Positions 44,342 through 54,851 of a stretch of DNA of 64,000 nt are shown piece after piece (within the stretch, counting starts at the first letter, position 1; the number at the start of each line of letters is the position of its first letter). The DNA is from Spizellomyces punctatus DAOM BR117. Lineage: Eukaryota. The DNA is taken from the NCBI GenBank assembly GCA_000182565.2, contig KQ257450.1; one strand, written 5' to 3'. The notes under the pieces are model-generated. The model saw nothing but the letters and a program-made list of their open reading frames with translations, ran no database searches and had not been told where the DNA came from. A program made the position numbers and the translations under genes.

Positions 44342-45427
44342 ATGCCGCCAAAGAAAAAGCAAAAGCTTGAAAAACTCGACAAACCCACCTTACATACCTG
44401 CAACAAGACTTCCTTTGCAAAAGCTTTCCTGCCAAACTATCGCCAACAGCTTCTAGATTACATCGCCATCATCCATCAACTCGCCAACCACGCTTCCCAT
44501 GCTCTCAAATTCTACATCCTATCTGCACCAACCTTCACCATGAACGAGGAGACCATCGAAGCGATTCTCTATCTTCTCAACAAGGGGGAGGCTTGGCATC
44601 CAAGAAAGGAAGCAAAGAAGGCATGGCGGGATTGTTTGCTGCCATATGTTCAACGGTACTGCCAAATCGTCAGCTTCGTTCACCCAAATCTACGAGGCGA
44701 GCAGCAATCAGTCAATTACCTGACAGCGAGTATGATGACGAACCTGAAAGTCAACGTTCAAGAGCATTTCATGCAGATGCTCCTTCGGTACATTAATCTG
44801 CGGCTCGACGTGAAGGGACAGAAGCAGCGACTGCCACCAAAAAGCAATGCGCGAAAGGCTTTCTTTACTCGGCTACGCTACTTGAAGTCAGTTTTCCTTT
44901 TTGATGTGGTGCCCGAGTTGGAGTTCCTGGATGACTTGACACCATTGGAGAGCGAGGTTCTTGAAGAGATTTGGTCATTGGATCTCCCATTCCTTCCTAA
45001 CGATCCCCTTGCCTACACCATTGTTGCTGATCCAATGTCATTTTTTCCCGCGTACTGCAAACTCTCTGGGCTGTATGAACAATATGGCTTCTGACGGTTC
45101 AGTGCGATACCTCTGCGCCACTCACTCATTCAAAGTCACGTGTGAATCGACACCATCATCCTGTACCAGCATATCCTTTGCATCATGTGGCGAGATGCAG
45201 AAACTGTCGAAAAGGATGATCTGTGGATGCACGTCTGCAATCTATGTACCAAGGCTTTTCGGTCTCGCTGTGGTATGCATTTTGAAGGCTCGATCACCAC
45301 GGACGGAGCCTCGGTGTCTGTATACCTAAAGCACCCAGAAGCAGACAAGTATGGAAAGCGCAGAGCGAGAAAGTCAGCAAACACGGTGGCTGCAGAGGTT
45401 AAAGCGCTTTATGTGGAGAACAACTTA
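44342..45427 (+). pseudogene. Fz1: Fanzor1 RNA-guided endonuclease (SpuFz1-like), N-terminal ~362 codons, two in-frame TGA stops, RuvC/TNB missing
   Basis: MPPKKKQKL NLS, HTCNKTSFAKAFLP, MMTNLKVNVQEHF, F*RFSAIPL..SLIQSHV*IDT, HFEGSITTDGASVSVYL (Fanzor1 WED motifs); TGA at 45092 and 45143; similarity ends at YVENNL. Confidence 0.92.
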
Positions 45428-46137
45428 CTACAAAGTGAGGCACTGTGGGACAATTTCATCAAAAATATTCCCAGGGAAAAAGTGCCACAGGATAAAACCA
45501 ATGGTAAAAATTGGAAGCTTATGGAAAGTAAAAAATTATGTAGAGACATGTAGGGATGAGAAATGTCCCCATTTTCCTAGCAAGATTGCAAAAAGAATAG
45601 AAATATCCACATGTTTAAATGGCAACATTGGTTTCCTTGTTTACACAAAAATCCACAGAAGATGTAGGCAACTCAGGCGTCAGAACTCATCCCATCTCAA
45701 CATTACCTTCGAGGCATACCAGCCGGGATTGGCCGCTCCGTGCCCGGCATGCCTTCCGGCATATGGCTCTGCACCAGGATCCTCATGTCCGTTCTTCAAA
45801 CGGACTACATCTGCGCCGGCATCTTCCGCCGCTTTTGATGCTACTTTTTTACATGTAGCCCTGGGATTTCGTTTTCTTTCTTCATGCATGCCGGCACGGC
45901 GAGCGGCAAAAGTGGTAGATATGTACTGTTGACAATCATGATGAACGATAGCATGATTTCGACCATGCAAATAGTTTTTTAGTTTATCCAAACATTCATA
46001 GCAGGAATACACAGCGCATTTCAGACATATGCAGAGTTGATATTCTCTAAAGCCTGTACAAGTATCGCAACGCATCGAAACGCGCATTTTTATTATAATG
46101 AGTGGAAGATTATTCAGCGTGCATTTTAAGTACCTTT
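45428..46137. mobile_element. Unidentified AT-rich inserted segment or element terminus
   Basis: Abrupt compositional switch at the Fanzor break; terminal hairpin CAAAGTG-AGG-CACTGTG and dispersed AAWW..CCACAG-like motifs. Confidence 0.5.
45680..46087 (-). CDS. Small Cys-rich (Zn-finger-like) hypothetical protein, 135 aa, intronless
   Basis: MRVSMRCDTC...CICLKC...CYEC...HGRNH; ATG preceded by AT-rich ATAATAAAA. Confidence 0.5.
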   Translation of the reverse strand: MRVSMRCDTCTGFREYQLCICLKCAVYSCYECLDKLKNYLHGRNHAIVHHDCQQYISTTFAARRAGMHEERKRNPRATCKKVASKAAEDAGADVVRLKNGHEDPGAEPYAGRHAGHGAANPGWYASKVMLRWDEF

Positions 46138-46737
46138 TGTAACGACGAGGACGTCTTCGAGAGATCGCGAGTAAGCCCAAATCGGACACGGGAAGCACGA
46201 ATCGCGTGACCAACTCCACCGATTGGGTTACCGCGACCGAAAAAACCGGTTCGGAGAATGGCAATTGGCGCATTAGATTTCAGCGTGCCTCGTACAACCT
46301 GTGGAGGCCCGAGCCAGTGCGGAAAAGGAAGAGATCAGTACCGCCACCAATAAATCAGTTGCGGTGCAGCGACACCCATTAGTTTAGTTTAGTTTAACAG
46401 TTTATCCAAGAATCTTGTATAAAAAGGATGTATTCAATAAAATAAGTCGGGGGCAGAAGCCGTAGCGACACAAAATCCCCATAACTCGCTTCTCAACTCC
46501 AATCTTAGGTTAACAGGAACCTAACAGAGCGCTTCAACGGCCTGATCACCCGTACCGAAGCCTCTAAATCCTGCTCGGTTCACAACTAACCGACTCTCCT
46601 TGCCTCTCGCCCCCAAGTCGCTACCGACGCCCAAAGAAAGGATTCGGAGACTATGATTCCTAGTACGGCCACCCACATAACCTGCTAGGAGACCCAAGTC
46701 GTCTTTACCGTAGTCTACCAACAAAAAATCCGCTACA
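46138..46737 (+). repeat. Gypsy 5' LTR (~600 bp)
   Basis: Begins TGTAACG and ends CGCTACA (imperfect terminal IR); internal TATAAAA and AATAAA; immediately followed by the PBS. No second copy is present to confirm it. Confidence 0.75.
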
Positions 46738-46752
46738 TGGTGGAGAAGCGCG
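46738..46752 (+). other. Primer binding site, complementary to the tRNA-Ala 3' end
   Basis: TGGTGGAGAAGCGCG directly after the LTR CA. Confidence 0.7.
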
Positions 46753-46811
46753 ACGAACCGCCTTCCCCTCTCAAATTCAGCTGAAAACCTTATTCGGTCA
46801 TACCGAAACTC

Positions 46812-49800
46812 TTGCGCAAACCGAGATCCGCTCAGGTAGCTACTCGGAAACCTTTTCTCTCATTTCGGAGACAGAACTTCACAAAACCAAGAATGATGCC
46901 GGTGGAACGCTCACCAACGCGAGGCCGCTCACCTGTGATCCAGACTCGTAGTCAGGGTCCTGCGGAGGACGTCGAAGTCCCTCCCGCAACACGCCCAAGG
47001 CGTTCAGGGACCACTTCCATCGAACCGGAAGCCCCTAACTTGGCCACGATGGCCTCTGAAGTGGCAGCATTAAAAGAAGACATTGCCCGCTCGACTGCTG
47101 CAATGCAGTTGGCAACTCAAAACCTTACGGAACAGCTTCATAGGCTTTCCGAATGTCAGACAGCGGCGGATGAGCGCCTCGCACGAGCCTTAGAAGCCCT
47201 AGCGCATCGCCCGCTGCCTGAACAACCTCCCATAGCACGAGCTACAAGAGAACGGTCCGCAACCCCGTGGGAAACGGCGGACACACCAAGGGAGCGTACC
47301 GAACCAAGTTTTTCAGGTGCGGTGCCTCCAATCCAAGTGCCAGCGGCCCCGTGGGCCAGCGACACCAAGGTCGATTCCTTGAAAGCAAAGGACGTACCCG
47401 AGTTTACGGGCAGAAGAAACCAAGATGTTGAAGAATGGCTTAACAAAGTCCAACTTCTTCAAAACGTTAGCGCAACTTCGGATGCCAGGATGGTACAGCT
47501 CCTACCAGCCATGATAGCCGAGAAAACCCCTGCTGACGCTTGGTTTTACACTCTGGAAGCCCAGGAAACTCGCTCATGGACCTGGAAAAGGTGGAAAGAG
47601 GAACTGCTTCGAGAGTTCCGAGATCCGCTAACCGAGTCCAAGCGCAAAACCGAATATGTGCGCTGCCATGCGAACCCCAAAGAATTTCGCAGCTTTCTCG
47701 CGTTCATCGACCACAAAACTCATCTCCGGCGCCTCGCTTATGGCGACCGGGCAAACATAGAATGTCCCGCTGACCAGCATTTCGACCTAATAGTCGAACA
47801 ATTGCCCAGCGACATCCAAATCATGGTCAAATCCTGTAACGTCACGAACCTGACCAAATTAAAAGACTTCCTGCGCCTTTATTTCGGCTCTGATGACACC
47901 AGAAAACGAGACCCTTGCTACAGCGGTGCTGCAGAAGCTCAGAAGAAGTCACAAAAGACCGGAACTGACAAAGGCCCTAAGCAGACGGCTCCGCATAAAA
48001 CCGGAAACCCCGAAAAGGGTCGCGATGGTCCTCAGAAGATGGTTCCGGACCCCAACAAGGAACCACCGGCACCCTGCAAATTCTGTCAGAAAAAGCATTG
48101 GAATGTTTTCTGCTGGCAGAACGCGAACCGAAAAGATCCTGAAGATGGAAAGAAAGGACCATATGGAGCACCCATGCCCTCAGGTTGGAAACCCAAACAG
48201 GAATCGAAGAAGGCATACATAGTGGAGCTGGACTCGACGTCCGCTACCACCGAGACTCTTTTTTCAGCTTCGGAACTGGAAAGAACGGAAGCCACTAATC
48301 AAGGATTCCACACCATCGGGTTCTTTCATTCACCCAAGCACTCGGAATCAACAATTTTGATGACCGCACCTCTTTCCAAGGTCACGGTGACCAAGGAAGA
48401 GGACCCCCGCACGCCCACGCAGGGCTGGGACCAAGTCTGGGACAACATAGCCATCATCTGGGGCACCCCGCAAGTGGCTCTGATGATGGGCAACAACCCC
48501 CGCGTGCTCAGCTTCTTCGCCAAAGAACTGAAGCGAGGCGCCGGGCACCTCGGGAACGACCCCTACGCAGTCGTGTGGAGTTCCCACCACCTCTACATCG
48601 CTGCCGCAGCCGAAGCTGACAAGGATCGAATCCTGCGAAAGGTCCGAGAAGACGGTACCCCTCGTTTGATTCTCCTTGCCTGGATAAAGCTCGACGAGCG
48701 CGAGAAATTCTTGATGTGGAGCTCTGAAGATCCTGTTATCTTTGATGCGTACGCCAACCTGCAACTGGTGGCATTTCTCCTGACAGGCAATATCGTTCGC
48801 TCAGACTATTATTATCGTCGTGGAAACCCCAAATTTCGGCATGTTAAAGACCATCCACGTCTCCAAAGACACGAAGAGAGCGAACGGACGCGTATAGTCA
48901 TGCTGGCTATCGAACAAGTTGCTCGCCAGAATAAAACAACAAAACCACAAAATGACAAAACTAGAGAACACTTTGAGAGTGTGATCAAGGCTACGGAAGC
49001 AACAATTAATGACATCGCGCCCCATTTCGAGATCGCAGTGCCTTCTATCAACGCCTTCTACTCAGTAGATTTAGGCGATGTACTCAAAAGCCAGACTAAG
49101 ACCCAAACGCAGCCTTGCTGGACGCTAGCCGTCATCGCGCAGCTCTGGGCACCTGTGGTACTAGACACAGGGGCCTGCGAGTCTCTGATTTCCGACACGT
49201 ACCAAGGCCTTCTGTTCTCCGAAACCGATTTGCAGGATGCGGAAACGATGGCTTTCAACGGCATTGGTGGACATATCTCATCTACCAAGACAGTATGCCT
49301 CAAAACTTCCCTCAGAGGCCGCGGCGGAGAATACCTGACTTTCCGCGCCTACTTTCGGGTCATCGCATACGGGAAACCTCTCATCATCCTAGCCAACGAC
49401 GTTTTGGGACATTTGAAACTCCAAACCTTGGTTCAGGAACCCCCGTTACCCAGTTTCGCGGTGACACTCAAGAATCCAGACATCCTTATCCCCTGCTCCA
49501 TAACGGATGAGCTGGATACCGATCACATGCGCGGCACGCCATACAAAACCAAGCAGGGTGAATTCATGAAGGATGTGTCAATGCCACGGCTGACCAAAGC
49601 CAAAGCTCAGAAGTCTAGATTAACCATGTTAATCACGGGACAGATGCGCGTGGCAGCCCAAACTTTCCTCATCGAAAACCCTCTTGATGCCACCGCAGCT
49701 AGCACAACGGCCCCGTTAGGCCTCAAACTGTCCACCGCGACCCATAATTCGGTCGCGGACCCCGAAGAGAACATTTCCGAAGAAGAATGGCAGACACTTC

Positions 49801-52800
49801 GGAACAAATGGAACCTCAACTCTACAGAGAAGGCTCCAGGGGCCTTCGAAGCCCAATTAAAAGACGCGGAACATTTCCACGTCGATCTCAAACGACCCAA
49901 ACCTGTGGTCTGGGCCCTAATCAACATTCTACGACACTTCCATCAAGCCTTCAGCTATGAGGGTCATCTCATAGGGAACTACACCAAGATTCCTTATGCG
50001 CCTCGATTTATCTTGGCTCCGCCACCCCTTTCGAGGCCACGGTCGTACTCTCCGTTGGAGCGGACAGCCCTCGAGACGGAGTGAGACACCATGATGGGGC
50101 TTCAGAGGTGGAAACGAACCACCGAAGTAACCTTCGCCAGCGATCCTGTTATTATTCGCTACGCAGACAAACCCCCGCAGGTAGCCTTCGACTATCGCCG
50201 AGCCAACGACTGCATGGCCTGGGATCCATATCCCTTTCCCATCATGCTCGACATCCTGAACTGGATCGTTGCAGTCCCATTCCGATACATATCGGGAGGT
50301 GACGCAAACAAAGGATTTTACCAAATCGCCATCACTGATACGTCGGTACGCAAATGGCTCGCGATCAGACTCCACGATGGCATCTACGAACCACTTTTCA
50401 TGCCCTTCAGACCCAAGACTGCCCCCTCGCACTTCTGTCGGGTGATGGACGACACCTTGGGTCCCTCCAAATGGCGAAATATCAACAACTTCGTCGACGA
50501 TATCCATACACGAGCGGAGACAGCCGCGGAAGCCCTAGATGCCATCGCAGACTGGCTCGACCGCTTTTCCAGGGCCAAACTCACCCTAAGACTCGACAAG
50601 TGTCAATGGCTCTTTCACCAGCTCACGGCCCTCGGTTTCGTTGCCTCTTCCCAGGGCCTCGCTACCAATCCAGACAAGGTCGCAACCATAGTCGATTGGC
50701 CACGACCTAAATTTATTGGTGACCTATGGTCCTTCGTGGGTCTCCTTGGGTTCTATGCCCAATTCATCCCTCGCTACGCGGAACTCGTCCGACCCCTGCA
50801 AGACACTATCCAAGAGGGCGTTCGTGAATACCGAGACCTTAAAAAGGGTCGCGCTGACCCAAGGAAAGGAGCTGAAAAGCTCAATTCACCGTCCATGCTT
50901 GACACGGCAGTGGCCCCAACAATCACAGCAACCGGAGCCCGATTTGAGGTTTCGCAACATCTTAAATCTAGCTCCTCAGACCTACCGGCGGTCAATCTAC
51001 GCCAATCATCGCTGGCCGACTTGCCCATTGACCCCTTTTGTGTCGGACGCCTTGCTCGCAAGCGCCCCGACCAAGGTCTGCGCAGATTCGTCGCGAAGCG
51101 TGAAGTTTCATGGACCGACTCCCGAAACTCTGCCTTCGCAGCCGCCAAGCAGGCTCTGACAACAGCTCCAGTGCTTGCGGCACCCAGAAAAGGGTTCCCC
51201 TACACCCTTCACAGTGACGCTTCCTACACAGCGTTTAATGTCATGCTCGAACAGTTACAGCCGGATGCTTCTAAACGCCCGCTGTGCTACCATTCCCGAG
51301 GCACCACCACCTCGGAAAAGAAGGCCCCACCTGTCGAACTCGAGGCCGGATGCCTCATTTGGGGCCTCGGAAAACTCCGCCCATACCTCGAAGGCCTGCC
51401 TTTCACGGTCATTACCGATCACCGAGCTCTTTTGTGGCTCGCCAAATACAAAGGCGAGAACCGAAAGCTCCTCCGCTGGGCCCTCGATCTTAGTTACTGG
51501 TCCGAATGGATGACAATCGTACACAAACCAGGACGCTTCCACATAGTCGCTGATACACTTTCGCGGCTACTTGGCGCGGAAACTCTTCTTTGCTCTACCG
51601 CAACCGAAATATGGGTGTTGGAACGCAAAGGATGACGGCCGCGCACCCCGCCAGCCGGTCCCGCACCCTCCTCAACACTGGCAGATGCCATCTTTCGTTT
51701 GGCGTTACAGCCCGCACTCATCACCGCCATCCGCGCTGGCCTCACCGGCCCGCTCCACCCCATCGCCCAACAGGCCCGCACCCTTCTATGGGAGACCAGC
51801 CCCGACACGTACACTACCGCCGACACGCACTTTCTTCAGGACTGGCAATGTGCAGATAACCTGCTGTGGCACCGTTTTTCAGTCTCCAAAGACCTTTGGC
51901 GCCTTTACGTGCCCCCTGCTTGCACCCCTGAGGTGCGCAAGCTTTTTCACGAGGGGGGAGGACACTTCGGATTCGAAAGAACCTACGCTAGAGCTGCAGC
52001 GCAAGTCTGGTGGCCGAAAATGGCACAAGATTTCAGAAAACACTGCGCAGGATGTGAAACCTGTCAACGCTCAAAAAGGGTACCGCAACTGATTCCGGGG
52101 TTGCTGAAACCCATACCACCAGCTCCGGGACGCTGGACAGTCATCACGACTGACTTCGTAACCAAGCTCCCACTTACTTCCAGAGGGTACGACGCCTTTT
52201 GGTTAATAGCATGTAAATGCTCAAAGAGGATCCACGTATGGCCCCTCAAGAGCACTGCGACAGCTATTCAGGTCGCGGAACTCTTTATAGAGCGCTACGT
52301 CCCATTGCACGGCATCCCGGAGACCATTATCTCGGACCGCGACTCCAAATTTACGAGTCGATTTTGGCAGGAGGTCTGCAAAAACCTAAAGATTAATCAA
52401 GAGCTCACCACAGCCTACCACCCTCAAGGTGATGGACAATCAGAAAGAGACAACGCAACGGTCTTGCAGGTCCTTACCACAATGGTCAACACCCGATTAG
52501 ACGACTGGGACACCTTTCTTCCGGTTGCGGAATTCATTATCAACAATACGGTACACGAGGCGACAAAAATGATGCGATTCAGAATGGACCTAGGCTATGA
52601 GCCCCACAATCCACTGGCGGACATCGTCGAAAGGCCGTCAGAAACCAGAAATGCAGATGCGGAGGAGCTCTGTAAACACCTCGGCGACCTAAACATCCTT
52701 ATCCGAGATCTGATGATCGAAGCCCAGGATTCGCAGAAAAGATATTACGATTTATCGCGACGACATTTGGAGTTCCGGAGAGGAGATAAGGTGCTTCTGA

Positions 52801-54371
52801 GCACGAAAAACCTAGCAGGGTATGAGTCCAAGATCACTCCGAAATGGCTGGGACCAGTCACGGTGACCGACTGTAACCCTCTCCGCGACAACTACAAGTT
52901 AAAACTGCCAGACAAGATGAGACGACTTCATCCATGGTTTCACATATCGAAATTACGTCCGTACCAGAAGCCTGTCGACGCCGAAACTGAGGAAAAGGTC
53001 GCGGAAGCACAAGCGGAGGATTCTGACGCTTCAGATGGCGAGTTTGAAGTGGAAGCGATAGTAGACCATCGAACCAGGCGCGGAAAATGTCAATTTCGAA
53101 TACGTTGGTCCAGATACCCACCCCATGAGGATACCTGGGAACCAGAGGAAGCCCTAACAGAGGCTTCCGAAGCCTTAGAAGAGTACTGGAGATCCAGAGC
53201 TCCCACTAGCGCGCTAGTAGAGGACTCTTTGGTAGTCAGCCTTGCAGGCGACGCCCCGGAAGATACAGCTTATGCTTCCGACCACCAATGCTTTGCGGTT
53301 TATCCGGACGATAGCTCACGTGATAATCACGCCCTCTCACCAGAAAGAAAACCAGTTTCGCGTGGCTTACCTCACCAGTCGAGAACGCCACACCAAGCCT
53401 CCCGATCACGCTTACGTGCGTCCGAGCTGTCAAAATCAGCCGGCGACGACCTTAAAAGGACGCCCCTGCACGCTCCCCCTCTTTTTTCTTCTTCAACCGC
53501 CCACGACCTACTTCCCTTACACACTCACTCTGCTTCACAAACCCCTTCTATCGACACCGAAACTAAAACTTCCATTTCTAACACAATGAACACCGATCTC
53601 AGAGGACAAGCAGGAGTGAGCGTACCCTCCACGTACATGTCCGGCTACCCTTGGGAGGAAGACTCGGGCGACTTCGAGGCCGAGGGCGTGCTGGATCGCC
53701 TTGGGGTTGCGATCGCTACCTGGGTTCACTCCTGGGTTCATCAGCTTCGGACCAACCCCAACGCGCCGCTGCAGACTCCAGGGCATGAGTTTTGGCTGGG
53801 AGTCGACGCTCCGAAACCTTACGCGGTGGGCCAGCCCCTCACAAACCACATTGCGGACCCCTACAGCAAGGCCACCGATGGTGGTGAAGCAGCGGTCAGA
53901 ATAGTTGCCGACGCGAAAAAACCCGGAAAAAGAGGGCGCCCAGCTCCGTGCGCCGCTTGGCTCGACCGCGGGGTTCCCCAACACGAGGCGGGAAGCCGAA
54001 AAACGGCTCCATTCACCGATTGGCCGAATGACGACGCCCACAAGTTTGCGTCCACCGTCATTGAAGCAGCTAGGACGGTGCTCCTAAGGACGGCGAACGC
54101 AGCGGAAGCCTCTGCAAGGCTCACCAGACCCCGACATCACGAGCACGCGGAGTACCATTTTCGCGCGACAAACCTGAAAAGGGCCGCGGAGACCTTTACG
54201 GCCCTCTACGTAACCAGAACTGGCCCCGACGTGACCCCGGGTACCATCGTTCGTACCGCAACAGATCAAATCTGGTTTTGTTGCAACGTCGGTGGCCGTG
54301 CCAGTATCATCTGGGTCGTGAACCAAGATGCAGATGAAGCGGACCCCACAGATCCGGTACTGACCTGGTAA
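46812..54371 (+). pseudogene. Gypsy gag-pol single reading frame with two in-frame TGA stops (50082, 51633)
   Basis: ORFs 46812, 50091 and 51699 share one frame. Capsid (PEFTG..VEEWL), CKFCQKKHWNVFC knuckle, VLDTGA protease, RT (DANKGFYQI, MPF, FVDD), RNase H (LHSDAS, TDHRAL), IN (GGHFG..CETC, ISDRDSKF, HPQGDGQSE), GPY/F-like region, chromodomain ~53040-53190. Confidence 0.92.
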
Positions 54372-54384
54372 TTGACGTCCCAAC

Positions 54385-54765
54385 TGTTGGAATTAATTGA
54401 TTGATTTCATCGAAGTTGCCATGGGACGGTAACTTGAATAACTTAGCGAGTTATTAACTTATCGACAAGACCAAGACGGTTCTAGAAAGCCCTGAATCCG
54501 CGCTACAAGCTTGTCAAAACACTTCGTTAGTTAGTTGCTTTATGCGCCCAAAATTAGAGGTCGAAGTCAGGTTGTCATCATGTGATCTGTACTATATTTA
54601 GGACCCCGTTTTTCTTTCTGTAATACAACTCTTTCGCTGCTCTTTCGACACAAAGTCCCCAGAGACGTTCTCTAGCGACGGCATAGCTTCTAACATGGCT
54701 ATCCACCTCTCAGGTGCACCCAGTCTAGTTGTAGGATAACACCTATTTCTCGACTTTCCCCAACA
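54385..54765 (+). repeat. Copia 5' LTR
   Basis: Identical to 59478-59858 except one A/G difference (GTCAAAAC vs GTCGAAAC). Confidence 0.95.
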
Positions 54766-54777
54766 GGTTATGAGCCC
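54766..54777 (+). other. Copia-type PBS (internal half of initiator tRNA-Met)
   Basis: GGTTATGAGCCC directly after the LTR, like the Drosophila copia-type half-tRNA PBS. Confidence 0.8.
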
Positions 54778-54851
54778 TGGTTGCCTGTCAGACAGCTGAG
54801 AACAACGCGAATACGAACTACTGAGCGGTGTATTGAAAAAGGAAGCAAAGG

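Larger units (their letters stand above)
44004..45427 (+). mobile_element. Fanzor1 (Spu-1-type) transposon, left part only; interrupted at ~45,428
   Basis: Left terminus TCGACAGCCGATGGGTATTGGCACTAG directly after CATA (44000-44003), followed by the Fanzor ORF; no right end or omegaRNA found in the window. Confidence 0.85.
46138..54384 (+). mobile_element. Ty3/Gypsy chromodomain LTR retrotransposon, 3' end (PPT and 3' LTR) missing
   Basis: TG...CA LTR, tRNA PBS, gag-PR-RT-RH-IN-CHD order; cut by the Copia LTR at 54385. Confidence 0.9.

Noticed and set aside
45428-45450. Helitron 3' end on the minus strand (hairpin + GTAG)
   Set aside because: The terminus is not CTRR, the hairpin abuts the end, and no Rep/helicase is present.
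45185-45553. ORF-track 122-aa protein as a real gene
   Set aside because: Chimera of the Fanzor remnant and read-through into the inserted AT-rich segment.
50082-50084. Programmed stop-codon readthrough between Gypsy PR and RT
   Set aside because: A second TGA in the same frame and TGA stops in all neighbouring elements favour mutation; not excluded without other copies.
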